Origin: Nitrosopumilus sp.
GTDB lineage: Archaea; Thermoproteota; Nitrososphaeria; Nitrososphaerales; Nitrosopumilaceae
Assembly: GCA_965214775.1 (NCBI GenBank)
Contig: OZ243974.1
Coordinates: 2,368,001 to 2,432,000 of the forward strand
Length of the DNA: 64,000 nt
Reading direction: 5' to 3'
Within the stretch, counting starts at the first letter, position 1, and the number at the start of each line of letters is the position of its first letter. The position numbers and the translations under genes were made by a program. This document shows, piece after piece, positions 33,551 to 42,571 of the stretch. The notes under the pieces are model-generated. The model was not told the origin of the DNA, made no database searches, and saw only the letters and a program-made list of their open reading frames with translations.

Positions 33551-34678
33551 GTGTCTCAAAAACAAAATTCAGATGGTGCCAAGATAAATGGCAATGCAAA
33601 CAAACAGATTACCGCAAAAAAGAGGATACATGTGAAATCAAAGACTGTACAAATACAACAACAACAGCAGTATGTCGGCCTGGACGTGCACAAGAATTTC
33701 ATCCAGGTCGCGGTGATGGACAAGGGCGGCAAGATGCTGAGTAACACAAGAGTCGACAACAATGACGACGAGATAAGAAAGATATTTTCAGGGATTCCAA
33801 AGAATGCAAAGTGCGTCATGGAGTCCTCTTCAGTATGGTACGGGCTGTTCAGGTTCATTTCAGACAGTCTCAAAAGGGACGTGATCCTCTCAAACCCGTT
33901 TGAGACCAAGGCCATTGCCACATCAAAGAAAAAGACAGACAAGGTCGACGCGCAGATTCTGGCAGATCTTCTCAGGGGAGGATACATATCTGCATGTTAC
34001 GTTCCCTCCGGCAAGACGGTACAGAACAGGCAGCTGACCAGGCACCGCGCAAAGACGATACAGTCAAGGACCGTACTAAAGAACCAGATACACGCAATAC
34101 TGCTGCAAAACAGGATACAGGTAAATGGGGATCCGTTCTCCAGACCGTGGATCTCAAGGGTGAGAGATCTGGACAACTTTAGGATAAATGACAAATTAAG
34201 CATAATTGACTCTATAAACGACAGAATAGTAGGCATTGACATGCGCATCAAGAGCGCAGTTGCCGACAATCCGGATGCAGTATTACTGCAGACGATTCCC
34301 GGGTTTGGCAGCTACACTGCACTGACCATGGCATCAGAGATAGACGGCGTTGACAGGTTTGCCGACTCACACAAGCTGTGCGCGTATGCCGGAATGGTGC
34401 CGTCTGTGAGAAACTCTGCAGACACCATCCACCATGGAAGGATAACAAAGAGGGGCAGCCCCATGATGAGGTGGCTCCTAGTGGAGTCAGTACACAGCCA
34501 CGTAAGACATGCGCCGTCAGACTCGCCGATATCTGTCTTTTACAAGAGGGTTGCAAAGAAGAGGGGAACGTCCAAGGCCGCAGTGGCTGCCGCATCCAAG
34601 ATGCTGCGCATATCATACTGGATGCTAAAGAAGAGGATGACCTTCAAGCAGTGCATAGGAGATGCGTGTGTGAAATGA
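33551..34678 (+). CDS. IS110 recombinase
   Basis: DEDD RuvC 'GLDVHK', 'MES', 'KTDKVDA'; C-domain 'IPGFG', 'PSVRNSA', 'GRITKRG'. Confidence 0.95.
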   Translation: MSQKQNSDGAKINGNANKQITAKKRIHVKSKTVQIQQQQQYVGLDVHKNFIQVAVMDKGGKMLSNTRVDNNDDEIRKIFSGIPKNAKCVMESSSVWYGLFRFISDSLKRDVILSNPFETKAIATSKKKTDKVDAQILADLLRGGYISACYVPSGKTVQNRQLTRHRAKTIQSRTVLKNQIHAILLQNRIQVNGDPFSRPWISRVRDLDNFRINDKLSIIDSINDRIVGIDMRIKSAVADNPDAVLLQTIPGFGSYTALTMASEIDGVDRFADSHKLCAYAGMVPSVRNSADTIHHGRITKRGSPMMRWLLVESVHSHVRHAPSDSPISVFYKRVAKKRGTSKAAVAAASKMLRISYWMLKKRMTFKQCIGDACVK

Positions 34679-34689
34679 ATGTTGGTATT

Positions 34690-34860
34690 ACCATTACAGT
34701 TAGAACTTTAATCTGCGTTAACCTAGTTGAGGGCGATCCTCGTTTTGTAACTGCAGAATGGTTCTGACAAATGGATGAAGAATGGTGCTGAGGGAGATCC
34801 TCGTATAGATAAGTGTCCGACCTTCATTTTGGAATTGTCAGGAAAGACCCCCAGCCAAAG
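34690..34860 (+). ncRNA. Predicted bridge/seek RNA (target loop ~34712-34757, donor loop ~34775-34828)
   Basis: Two GAGG-N5-CCTC hairpins flanked by matches to the target and the donor junction, each closed by a stem (TCTGC/GCAGA, ATGAAG/CTTCAT); boundaries approximate. Confidence 0.8.
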
Positions 34861-35079
34861 CCATGCCTCACAACACCGTTGCGCGTGGAATCCTTATAAA
34901 CGTGACACATAGATAACTGCAGAATGGTTCTGACAAATGGATGAAGAATGGTGCTGAGGGAGATCCTCGTATAGATAAGTGTCCGACCTTCATTTTGGAA
35001 TTGTCAGGAAAGACCCCCAGCCAAAGCCATGCCTCACAACACCGTTGCGCGTGGAATCCTTATAAACGTGACACATAGA

Positions 35080-35195
35080 TAATAGGTTAGCCCTTGCCTA
35101 GGCAGCAATCAGGCATGAATCTGCCTCTAGTTACGATTTTCATGCCTGAACAGACGGGGGTGTGACTTTAACTCTAGGCAGGGGCTAACCTGTTA
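35080..35195. mobile_element. IS66-type MITE with an IS110 inserted at both termini
   Basis: (G)TAATAGGTTAGCCC…GGGCTAACCTGTTA(C). Confidence 0.88.
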
Positions 35196-36570
35196 TCTAT
35201 GTGTCATGTTTATAAGGATTCCACGCGCAACGGTGTTGTGAGGCATGGCTTTGGCTGGGGGTCTTTCCTGACAATTCCAAAATGAAGGTCGGACATTTAT
35301 CTATACGAGGATCTCCCTCAGCACCATTCTTCATCCATTTATCAGAACCATTCTGCAGTTACAAAACGAGGATCGCCCTCAACTAGGTTAACGCAGATTA
35401 AAGTTCTAACTGTAATGGTAATACCAACATTCATTTCACACACGCATCTCCTATGCACTGCTTGAAGGTCATCCTCTTCTTTAGCATCCAGTATGATATG
35501 CGCAGCATCTTGGATGCGGCAGCCACTGCGGCCTTGGACATTCCCCTCTTCTTTGCAACCCTCTTGTAAAAGACAGATATCGGCGAGTCTGACGGCGCAT
35601 GTCTTACGTGGCTGTGTACTGACTCCACCAGGAGCCACCTCATCATGGGGCTGCCCCTCTTTGTTATCCTTCCATGGTGAATGGTGTCTGCAGAGTTTCT
35701 CACAGACGGCACCATTCCGGCATACGCGCACAGCTTGTGTGAGTCGGCAAACCTGTCAACGCCGTCTATCTCTGATGCCATGGTCAGTGCAGTGTAGCTG
35801 CCAAACCCGGGAATCGTCTGCAGTAAGACTGCATCCGGACTGTCGGCAACCGCGCTCTTGATGCGCATGTCAATGCCTACTATCCTGTCGTTTATGGAGT
35901 CAATTATGCTTAATTTGTCATTTATCCTAAAGTTGTCCAGATCTCTCACCCTTGAGATCCACGGTCTGGAGAACGGATCCCCATTTACCTGTATCCTGTT
36001 TTGCAGCAGTATTGCGTGTATCTGGTTCTTTAGTACGGTCCTTGACTGTATCGTCTTTGCGCGGTGCCTGGTCAGCTGCCTGTTCTGTACAGTCTTGCCG
36101 GAGGGAACGTAGCATGCAGATATGTATCCTCCCCTGAGAAGATCTGCCAGAATCTGCGCGTCGACCTTGTCTGTCTTTTTCTTTGATGTGGCAATGACCT
36201 TGGTCTCAAACGGGTTTGAGAGGATCACGTCCCTTTTGAGACTGTCTGAAATGAACCTGAACAGCCCGTACCATACTGAAGAGGACTCCATGACGCACTT
36301 TGCATTCTTTGGAATCCCTGCAAATATCTTTCTTATCTCGTCGTCATTGTTGTCGACTCTTGTGTTGCTCAGCACCTTGCCGCCCTTGTCCATCACCGCG
36401 ACCTGGATGAAATTCTTGTGCACGTCCAGGCCGACATACTGCTGCTGTTGTTGTTGTATTTGTACAGTCTTTGATTTCACATGTATCCTCTTTTTTGCGG
36501 TAATCTGTTTGTTTGCATTGCCATTTATCTTGGCACCATCTGAATTTTGTTTTTGAGACACATATGGTTA
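35194..36570 (-). mobile_element. IS110 element, second full-length copy (recombinase 35431-36561)
   Basis: Near-identical inverted copy of 33542-34915. Confidence 0.93.
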
Positions 36571-36609
36571 CAGTCCGTTTACACATCATCAAAATCTGCC
36601 AATCTCGAA

Positions 36610-38385
36610 TCAACCTTCTGCGGGGCTAACCTGCACCCACGCGCCGTCCCGGATCTGCCACACTGCATAGTCCGTACGCAGCCTGTCTCCTGCATCGTTA
36701 AACTCGATGTTGCTTCCGCTTGCACCATCGTACTCTTGCGCCACCGAGACGATCCCGTCTGCCACGTCCGGCGCAAAGCCGGTCTGGCCGTCAAGTACTG
36801 CCTCTCCTATCAGTCGCATGGCATCATACGCAAAGAACGCATACACGCTTGGCTGCCTGCCGAGGACCTCGACGAGCCGCGCCTCCACGTCTTCTGTCAC
36901 GTCGCCGTACGGAACGGTGGGCTGGACGGATGTAAACTCCACGGCCTCTGCAAACCGCAGTGCCTCCGCACTGCCTGCCGGTACCGTGTTGGCATCGGCG
37001 CCAAACCATCTGACGCCTGCCAGCACATCATGCTTTGTGGCCTCCTCTAAAAAGTCATAGGTCTCCTCAAAGCCTATAAACAGGACTGCGACCTTGTCTG
37101 CGCCATGGATGCCGACCTGTCCGGACACTGTCTCTGAGAGCATCCAAATGTGTTGATCAAACTGGCCTGATGCGTCATACAGCACAGGCTCTGAGAACAT
37201 AACTGTTCCTTCTCCATTCTCCTCCTCTACGTCTGCCATGTGTCTCTCATCGGACTCGGGTGATGTATCTGCCTCGACAAACGCCATACCTGTGTTGTCA
37301 ATGAGATCAGTAACCCATATGCCGTCCCTTCCTGCGGGAACCACGACCTTTATTCCCTCGATTGCCATCAGCCGGGCAAGCGCCTCGCCGTGGCCGCGGT
37401 GATCAGATATCATGCGCATCAGCGAGTCTCCCGCTGTGGCATAGTCTGTCACGACAGAGCAGCAACTAAAAAGCAGCATGCCGTTCTCATCGGCATAGTC
37501 TATGACATCTCTCTCAAAGATGTCAATTGAGGGGCCAACGACCAGCCGGACTCCCTGCTCCCTTAGCTCTGCCACGCCCTCCAGCTCCCTGCTGCCGTCT
37601 GTACCTGTATCGTAAACTATGACCTCAAGATACCACGGATGGCCGCCTGCCTCCAGCTTTGCGTTAAAGTCGTCGGCTGCCGTTTTTGCTGCATCTGTTA
37701 TGTCCTGGCCGTATCCTGCGGCGCCTCCGCTGATGGGTGCAAGCAGTCCCACTGTAACTGTGTGCATCTCCCAGTTCTGTATGGTCTCATAGGCTGCCAG
37801 ATCATAGCCTATCTCAGAGAGCGTTTCGTACGTGGAGGGCTTTAGACACGTGGGCATTGCAGAGTCCCTCAGAAACGGCTCCCTCGGCGCGTTGCACTGT
37901 ATGGCAGAAAGGAAGACGCCGTCCCTGTACTGCGTTGCCGGCGGGTCGTGTCGTACAGCATACGTGCCGCTGCCAAAGACGTACCCGTCATGCAGGACCA
38001 GCAGCGTGTGCTTGACCTCGTCGCGGCCGGTGGCCGGATTCAGGAACACATAGTATATCCTGGTCTCCCCGTCTGCATCAAGCTCCGCGTTTATCTGCTC
38101 TAGCGTCTTGTCCGGACGTATGCTGTCCAGCGCATTCGTACCAACAAGGGACGGATTGGTCCCGTGTGCCAGCACCAGGCCGTCCCTGCCAAGCACAAAC
38201 GGATAGTGCTCCCTGTCACTTTGCATTGTTATGGCCTCAAGTCCGGACTCTTTGTACGTCTCTATGGCAGAGATGATCTGGGCCCGCGCCGGATCCTGGT
38301 AGGCGTCTTCTGCATATGCAATGCCGCCTGCAGCAGGCATCAATGCCGCAAGTACTGCCAGCGCAACTATCACAGTCTTTTCCAA
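36610..38385 (-). CDS. Secreted Cache-domain plus LivJ-like substrate-binding protein
   Basis: Signal peptide; 'YPFVL…LAHG…NPATGRDEVK…VFGSG'; 'VGLLAPISG', 'AYDA', 'GASG…F…GDR'. Confidence 0.85.
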   Translation of the reverse strand: MEKTVIVALAVLAALMPAAGGIAYAEDAYQDPARAQIISAIETYKESGLEAITMQSDREHYPFVLGRDGLVLAHGTNPSLVGTNALDSIRPDKTLEQINAELDADGETRIYYVFLNPATGRDEVKHTLLVLHDGYVFGSGTYAVRHDPPATQYRDGVFLSAIQCNAPREPFLRDSAMPTCLKPSTYETLSEIGYDLAAYETIQNWEMHTVTVGLLAPISGGAAGYGQDITDAAKTAADDFNAKLEAGGHPWYLEVIVYDTGTDGSRELEGVAELREQGVRLVVGPSIDIFERDVIDYADENGMLLFSCCSVVTDYATAGDSLMRMISDHRGHGEALARLMAIEGIKVVVPAGRDGIWVTDLIDNTGMAFVEADTSPESDERHMADVEEENGEGTVMFSEPVLYDASGQFDQHIWMLSETVSGQVGIHGADKVAVLFIGFEETYDFLEEATKHDVLAGVRWFGADANTVPAGSAEALRFAEAVEFTSVQPTVPYGDVTEDVEARLVEVLGRQPSVYAFFAYDAMRLIGEAVLDGQTGFAPDVADGIVSVAQEYDGASGSNIEFNDAGDRLRTDYAVWQIRDGAWVQVSPAEG

Positions 38386-38590
38386 TAGATCATGTGGGAT
38401 GTGATCTGCTTTAAGTCTTAAACATCACAAAAGATGACCCGAAACCGTCAAAAGCCGTACGAATTTTTCAAGTGATTTCACAGGCATCTGTATTTTGGTG
38501 GTTTTTGAGATGATATTTTGTGCAAATTCGTTCATGCACGCACTCAGACTGCCAATTTCGAATCGATTCGGCAAAAACAAAAGTCTTAAT

Positions 38591-38682
38591 GTATGTGGTC
38601 ACGTCCCCTTGCGAGCTAGGCATGAAAATCATAGACATGCATGCCAACTCGTGCCTGATTGGCAGGGTAGGTGACCTCGTAC
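38591..38682. mobile_element. IS66-type MITE, family GTATGTGGTCAC
   Basis: TIR and 8-bp TSD GTCTTAAT. Confidence 0.9.
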
Positions 38683-38728
38683 GTCTTAATCAAACTTCGC
38701 TTGTCTGCCAATTGTGACCAGACTGCCA

Positions 38729-39013
38729 TCATTTCTGCGTTGCAAATTTCTTCCGTTCCTGGATGATCTCAATCTCTACTGTTTCAAGCGGATCCTCGAC
38801 TTGGTTTCTTTTGATCGAAAACATCTTTGGCTTTTCAAAATCATCAGTACAATCCGGACATGCATACACTAGCACCCTGTGTTCGTTTGGCGCTTTGGGA
38901 TTGGATAGTCTGGGATAGTACACCAATCTTGCCCCACAATCAACACAGTACCTGTTGGCCCTTCTGGTCCTGACCAATGCAAACCTCCTGCATTCTATAC
39001 TCTCTGCGATCAA
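38729..39013 (-). CDS. Small Zn-finger protein
   Basis: CVDC…CPDC. Confidence 0.75.
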   Translation of the reverse strand: MIAESIECRRFALVRTRRANRYCVDCGARLVYYPRLSNPKAPNEHRVLVYACPDCTDDFEKPKMFSIKRNQVEDPLETVEIEIIQERKKFATQK

Positions 39014-39510
39014 TTATTAGATCTATGTGGTCTAATTTGATACACAAAATAGTATGAATTGACAACTGATCGGACCGGGGGTTCAGGCATGAATTTTGTT
39101 ACTGGTAAATGCCAATCAAACGGATTTTACGCCTAAAACCAGAAACGGCTTTTAGAACCTGCTGCTCAGTTGTGCAAAACAGAGGGATGATCCAAAATCA
39201 GGAACGTGCAAGCCGTTGTCTTGGTTTTTCTGTAAATTTGTCAGGCAGTTTGCCACAGATGGTTTTGCGTTTTGCTTTTTTGTTTGATGCAGGTCCGTTT
39301 TTTATGGGCGATGACCGAACTTGCCAACTTTGAATCAACTTGGGGGTTTCTGCAGTGCATCACAAAGCAAGCTGGCCTGCCTGTCAATGAACGCAAAAGG
39401 CAGCACCGGCGCTGTTGTGCCCAGTATGGAGCCGGGTTTGATCGACTGCCTTGGTTCCTGACATCTTCTTTCTTTCTTTCTTTCGTTCTTCTTTGCATCA
39501 TCCAAACCGC

Positions 39511-40392
39511 ATCAGTTGGGTTTTGACATGCAACACCTTTTGTATTTTTTTTCCAGACCCGCACGGACACGGATCATTTCTGCCTCGTAGTGGTCATGTC
39601 GTATGGCATGTTGTCATACGGAATGTCTTTCTGCCTGTGGGGTTTCTAATCCCTATTGACAAAGATCTCAAGTGGATCCATTGAGACGCATCTTGTTGCT
39701 AAAATGCTTGAGTTGTTTGTGTGTTTTTCGATCAAATCATCATACTCGAAAAAGTCATTTGTGACAAACCCGCTTTCAAGCGATCTTATCAGATACTTTA
39801 AGGTGTCTGGGTCTCTCAAATCAGTCAAAGAGTCCATCAGAAAGGTTCTTTTGTCTATGTCCTGCTCTATTTGTATCGCATCACGTATCGTCTTGATGAT
39901 TTTTTGCTTTTCTTGCGGGTGTTCTAACGCGATTATGACCAGCGCACTGGCAGCACAGTATCTTGAATATATGCTGGCAGAGGACAGCGACACCACATGG
40001 CAGAGAGAATCCACTGCCTTTGGCCCCATGTATGCCAAGGCGTTTGGAATATTTTCGTTAACCTCGTTGCTATACGTTAACTTGGGATACTGAACAAGCG
40101 CCGAGTTTATTGCAGTCTGTGCCCTCTTTGTGCCAATTTTTGCAAGTATGTGCAATGCACATGTCGGGATCCCCGGCCAGTACGTACCCCAGTCGTCGTC
40201 ATGGTATCTTTGATACGTTGACATCTCTGCCAGCATCTCAAACGATCTGTCATCTTTTATTATGATCTCAAGGATCGGCCCGGGGGTACCTGTGCCGTGA
40301 AACTTTAGGTGGTCTATTGCCTCTTCCCAGTCCAATACAGAAAGATAATGTTGCAACGCTATTATTGGTTTTGATGTTGGTATCTTATTCAT
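39511..40392 (-). pseudogene. HEAT-like (DUF1186-like) plus SEC-C protein, SEC-C out of frame
   Basis: ORF 39646-40392; 'GRNDPCPCGSGKKYKRCC' downstream in another frame. Confidence 0.75.
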
Positions 40393-40738
40393 ACCCTGAA
40401 TGGTGATCCGAAATCAGAAACCGTACGAATTTTTCAAGTAATTTCACAGATAACTTGCATTTTGTTGGTGTTTTGAGCCGTTCTATGCAAATTCGTTCAC
40501 AAATAATCAGTCTGCTAATTTCGAATCAATTCTCTATCATGATCCTCATCATCGCGTTGTATCTGTTGTCAAGGTACACGAAACGCGATTTTATTATGAT
40601 TCCGAGTATAACATCAGATCCTATTTATGTTGGCAAGCAAATACTTCCTAGATTCCTAGGCGGTTTAAATAGAACCTGATGTTATACGATCAGGGCATCA
40701 CAGGTTAGAATATAACACGAACGCAGGAAAATCATGGC

Positions 40739-41056
40739 ATGCGGGCAGATGTTGTAAAGGGAGGTCCAAAATTTGCAAAGTTTTTCAAAGGGTTAGACAT
40801 AGAATCCAAGCGATACAAAGAGATCACAGGTTCGTTTGATCTTCTAAAGGAGGATGTGTCGCGGGGAAACAGAATACCCAAGGATAGATGGCCCAAGTGC
40901 TACATCAAAGCATATGACACCAATAATTTGTACAGATATTCCCTTACAGATGGATGGCGTATGATCTATTGCATATATTCACGAGGAGGCAACATCGTAT
41001 GCAATATTTTAGAATCATTCGATCATAAAGGGTATGACAGGCGGTTTGATTACTAG
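40739..41056 (+). CDS. RelE-like toxin
   Basis: 'NLYRYSLTDGWRMIY…DHKGYDRRF'. Confidence 0.7.
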   Translation: MRADVVKGGPKFAKFFKGLDIESKRYKEITGSFDLLKEDVSRGNRIPKDRWPKCYIKAYDTNNLYRYSLTDGWRMIYCIYSRGGNIVCNILESFDHKGYDRRFDY

Positions 41057-41057
41057 G

Positions 41058-41360
41058 CTATTTCAGAGTTACAGACGCATCGTCTAGGGCGTCGGTCTTT
41101 TCGTTGGAGAATATCCAAAATACCTCGTTATTGTCATATGTTATTTTTTTTGATGCCTCCAAATATTCCAAGACAGTAGTCAGAGTGCCGTACTGCATGG
41201 CCTTTGGAAGCCTCTTCCAGAGCTGTGTCTTTGAAAGAACCCGGTGTTCTAGAAGGACATCCTCCACCATGAGTATAGAATCCAAGGTGGGACTGTGCCT
41301 GTTTTTAATTTTGGAATTTGTTTCAGATATCGATTCCTTAGAAACACTGCCTTGGCTCAT
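41058..41360 (-). CDS. Small wHTH protein
   Basis: 'SPTLDSILMVE…KTQLWKRLPKAMQYGTL…LEYL'. Confidence 0.7.
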   Translation of the reverse strand: MSQGSVSKESISETNSKIKNRHSPTLDSILMVEDVLLEHRVLSKTQLWKRLPKAMQYGTLTTVLEYLEASKKITYDNNEVFWIFSNEKTDALDDASVTLK

Positions 41361-41408
41361 TATACACTGTTGTATGTACAAAGTTGTATATAACAATACT
41401 GCATATCA

Positions 41409-41548
41409 TAGTTTGTTGTATGACTTCCTTTTTCGTCAAAAAACTCCTGGTTTCGATCACAGATAGATCCGAAATCAACTGTGATTTTTATCTGGACTTA
41501 TAATTTAGGACGAATTCAAGTAAAAAAATCGAGTTATGCAACAAACTA
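41409..41548. mobile_element. MITE derived from the IS5 element at 45894-47133
   Basis: TAGTTTGTTGTATGAC…GTTATGCAACAAACTA. Confidence 0.8.
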
Positions 41549-41555
41549 GATGTTG

Positions 41556-42136
41556 TATCTATGTGTCGTGCTTATAAGGATTCCACGCGTAACGGTGTTG
41601 TGAAGTATGGCTTTGGCTGGGGGTCTCTTCCTGACAATCACAAAATGAAGGTCGGACACTTATCTATACGAGGATCTCCCTCAGTACCATTCTTCATCCA
41701 TTTGTCAGAACCGTTCTGCAGTTACTAAACGAGGATCTCCCTCAACTACATCAACGCAGATTAAAGTTCTAACTGTAATGACAATAATAATAATGATGAT
41801 GACGTTCATTTCACACGCATGTCCACTATGCACTGACTGAAGGCCATCTATTTCTTTAGCATACGAGGACTCCATGACGCACCTGGTGTTATCCGGAATC
41901 TTTGCAAACATCTCTCTTATCTCGCTGTTCCTGTTGCTTATTTTTGTATTCCCCAGGACCTTGCCGTCCTTGTCCATCACCGCGACCTGGATGGACTCCT
42001 TGTGCACGTCCAGGCCGACATACTGCTGCTCCGCCTTTGATTTCACACATATCCTTTTTTTTGCGCTAATCTGTCTGTTTGCATTGCCTTTTATCTTGGT
42101 ACCATCTGAATTTTGTTTTTGAGACACATATGGTTA
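41556..42136 (-). mobile_element. Internally deleted IS110 derivative, second copy
   Basis: Same deletion breakpoint as 29367-30114; inserted at G|TA-CAACATC. Confidence 0.9.
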
Positions 42137-42402
42137 CCCTTGTTTTGGCTCAGAGTAACAGCTCGGGCTCTGGAAGTTCAGGTGTGAGTTTTGCCACCTC
42201 GGAGGCCCATGACATATTCGTGCCTGAAATCAGGAACAGCTTCCAGAGCCCGAGCTGTTACCTCAAAGACTTATGCTCATTGCTATATGGATGTCAAGAC
42301 TGATGCTGTCTGCGTTTGGAATCTGTTGGACCATCAGTTACAAGGCTGGATGATCGCCGGTTTTGGATTTGTTATAAATAGGCCACCCATGATTTGTTTT
42401 TC

Positions 42403-42547
42403 AATATATAAAAAACTAGCAGCCAGCTTGCCTATGAATATATAAAAAACTAGCAGCCAGCTTGCCTATGAATATATAAAAAACTAGCAGCCAGCTTGCC
42501 TATGAATATATAAAAAACTGCCAACCAGCTTGCCTATGAATATATAA
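42403..42547 (+). repeat. 4 x 34-bp tandem repeat, each with TATATAAA
   Basis: AATATATAAAAAACTAGCAGCCAGCTTGCCTATG; ends ~25 bp before ATG 42572. Confidence 0.92.
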
Positions 42548-42571
42548 TGAAACTCATTATGATCACAAAGT

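Larger units (their letters stand above)
33542..35081 (+). mobile_element. IS110-family (IS1111-type) element, full length, with a 166-bp right-end duplication
   Basis: TA core at both ends, sub-terminal IR TATGTGTC/GACACATA, very short left end and long non-coding right end. Confidence 0.93.

Noticed and set aside
34378-35731. 129-aa ORFs overlapping the IS110 3' ends
   Set aside because: Alternate-frame shadows over the recombinase and the predicted RNA
42403-42547. 34-bp repeats as a mini CRISPR array
   Set aside because: No spacers; pure tandem repeat
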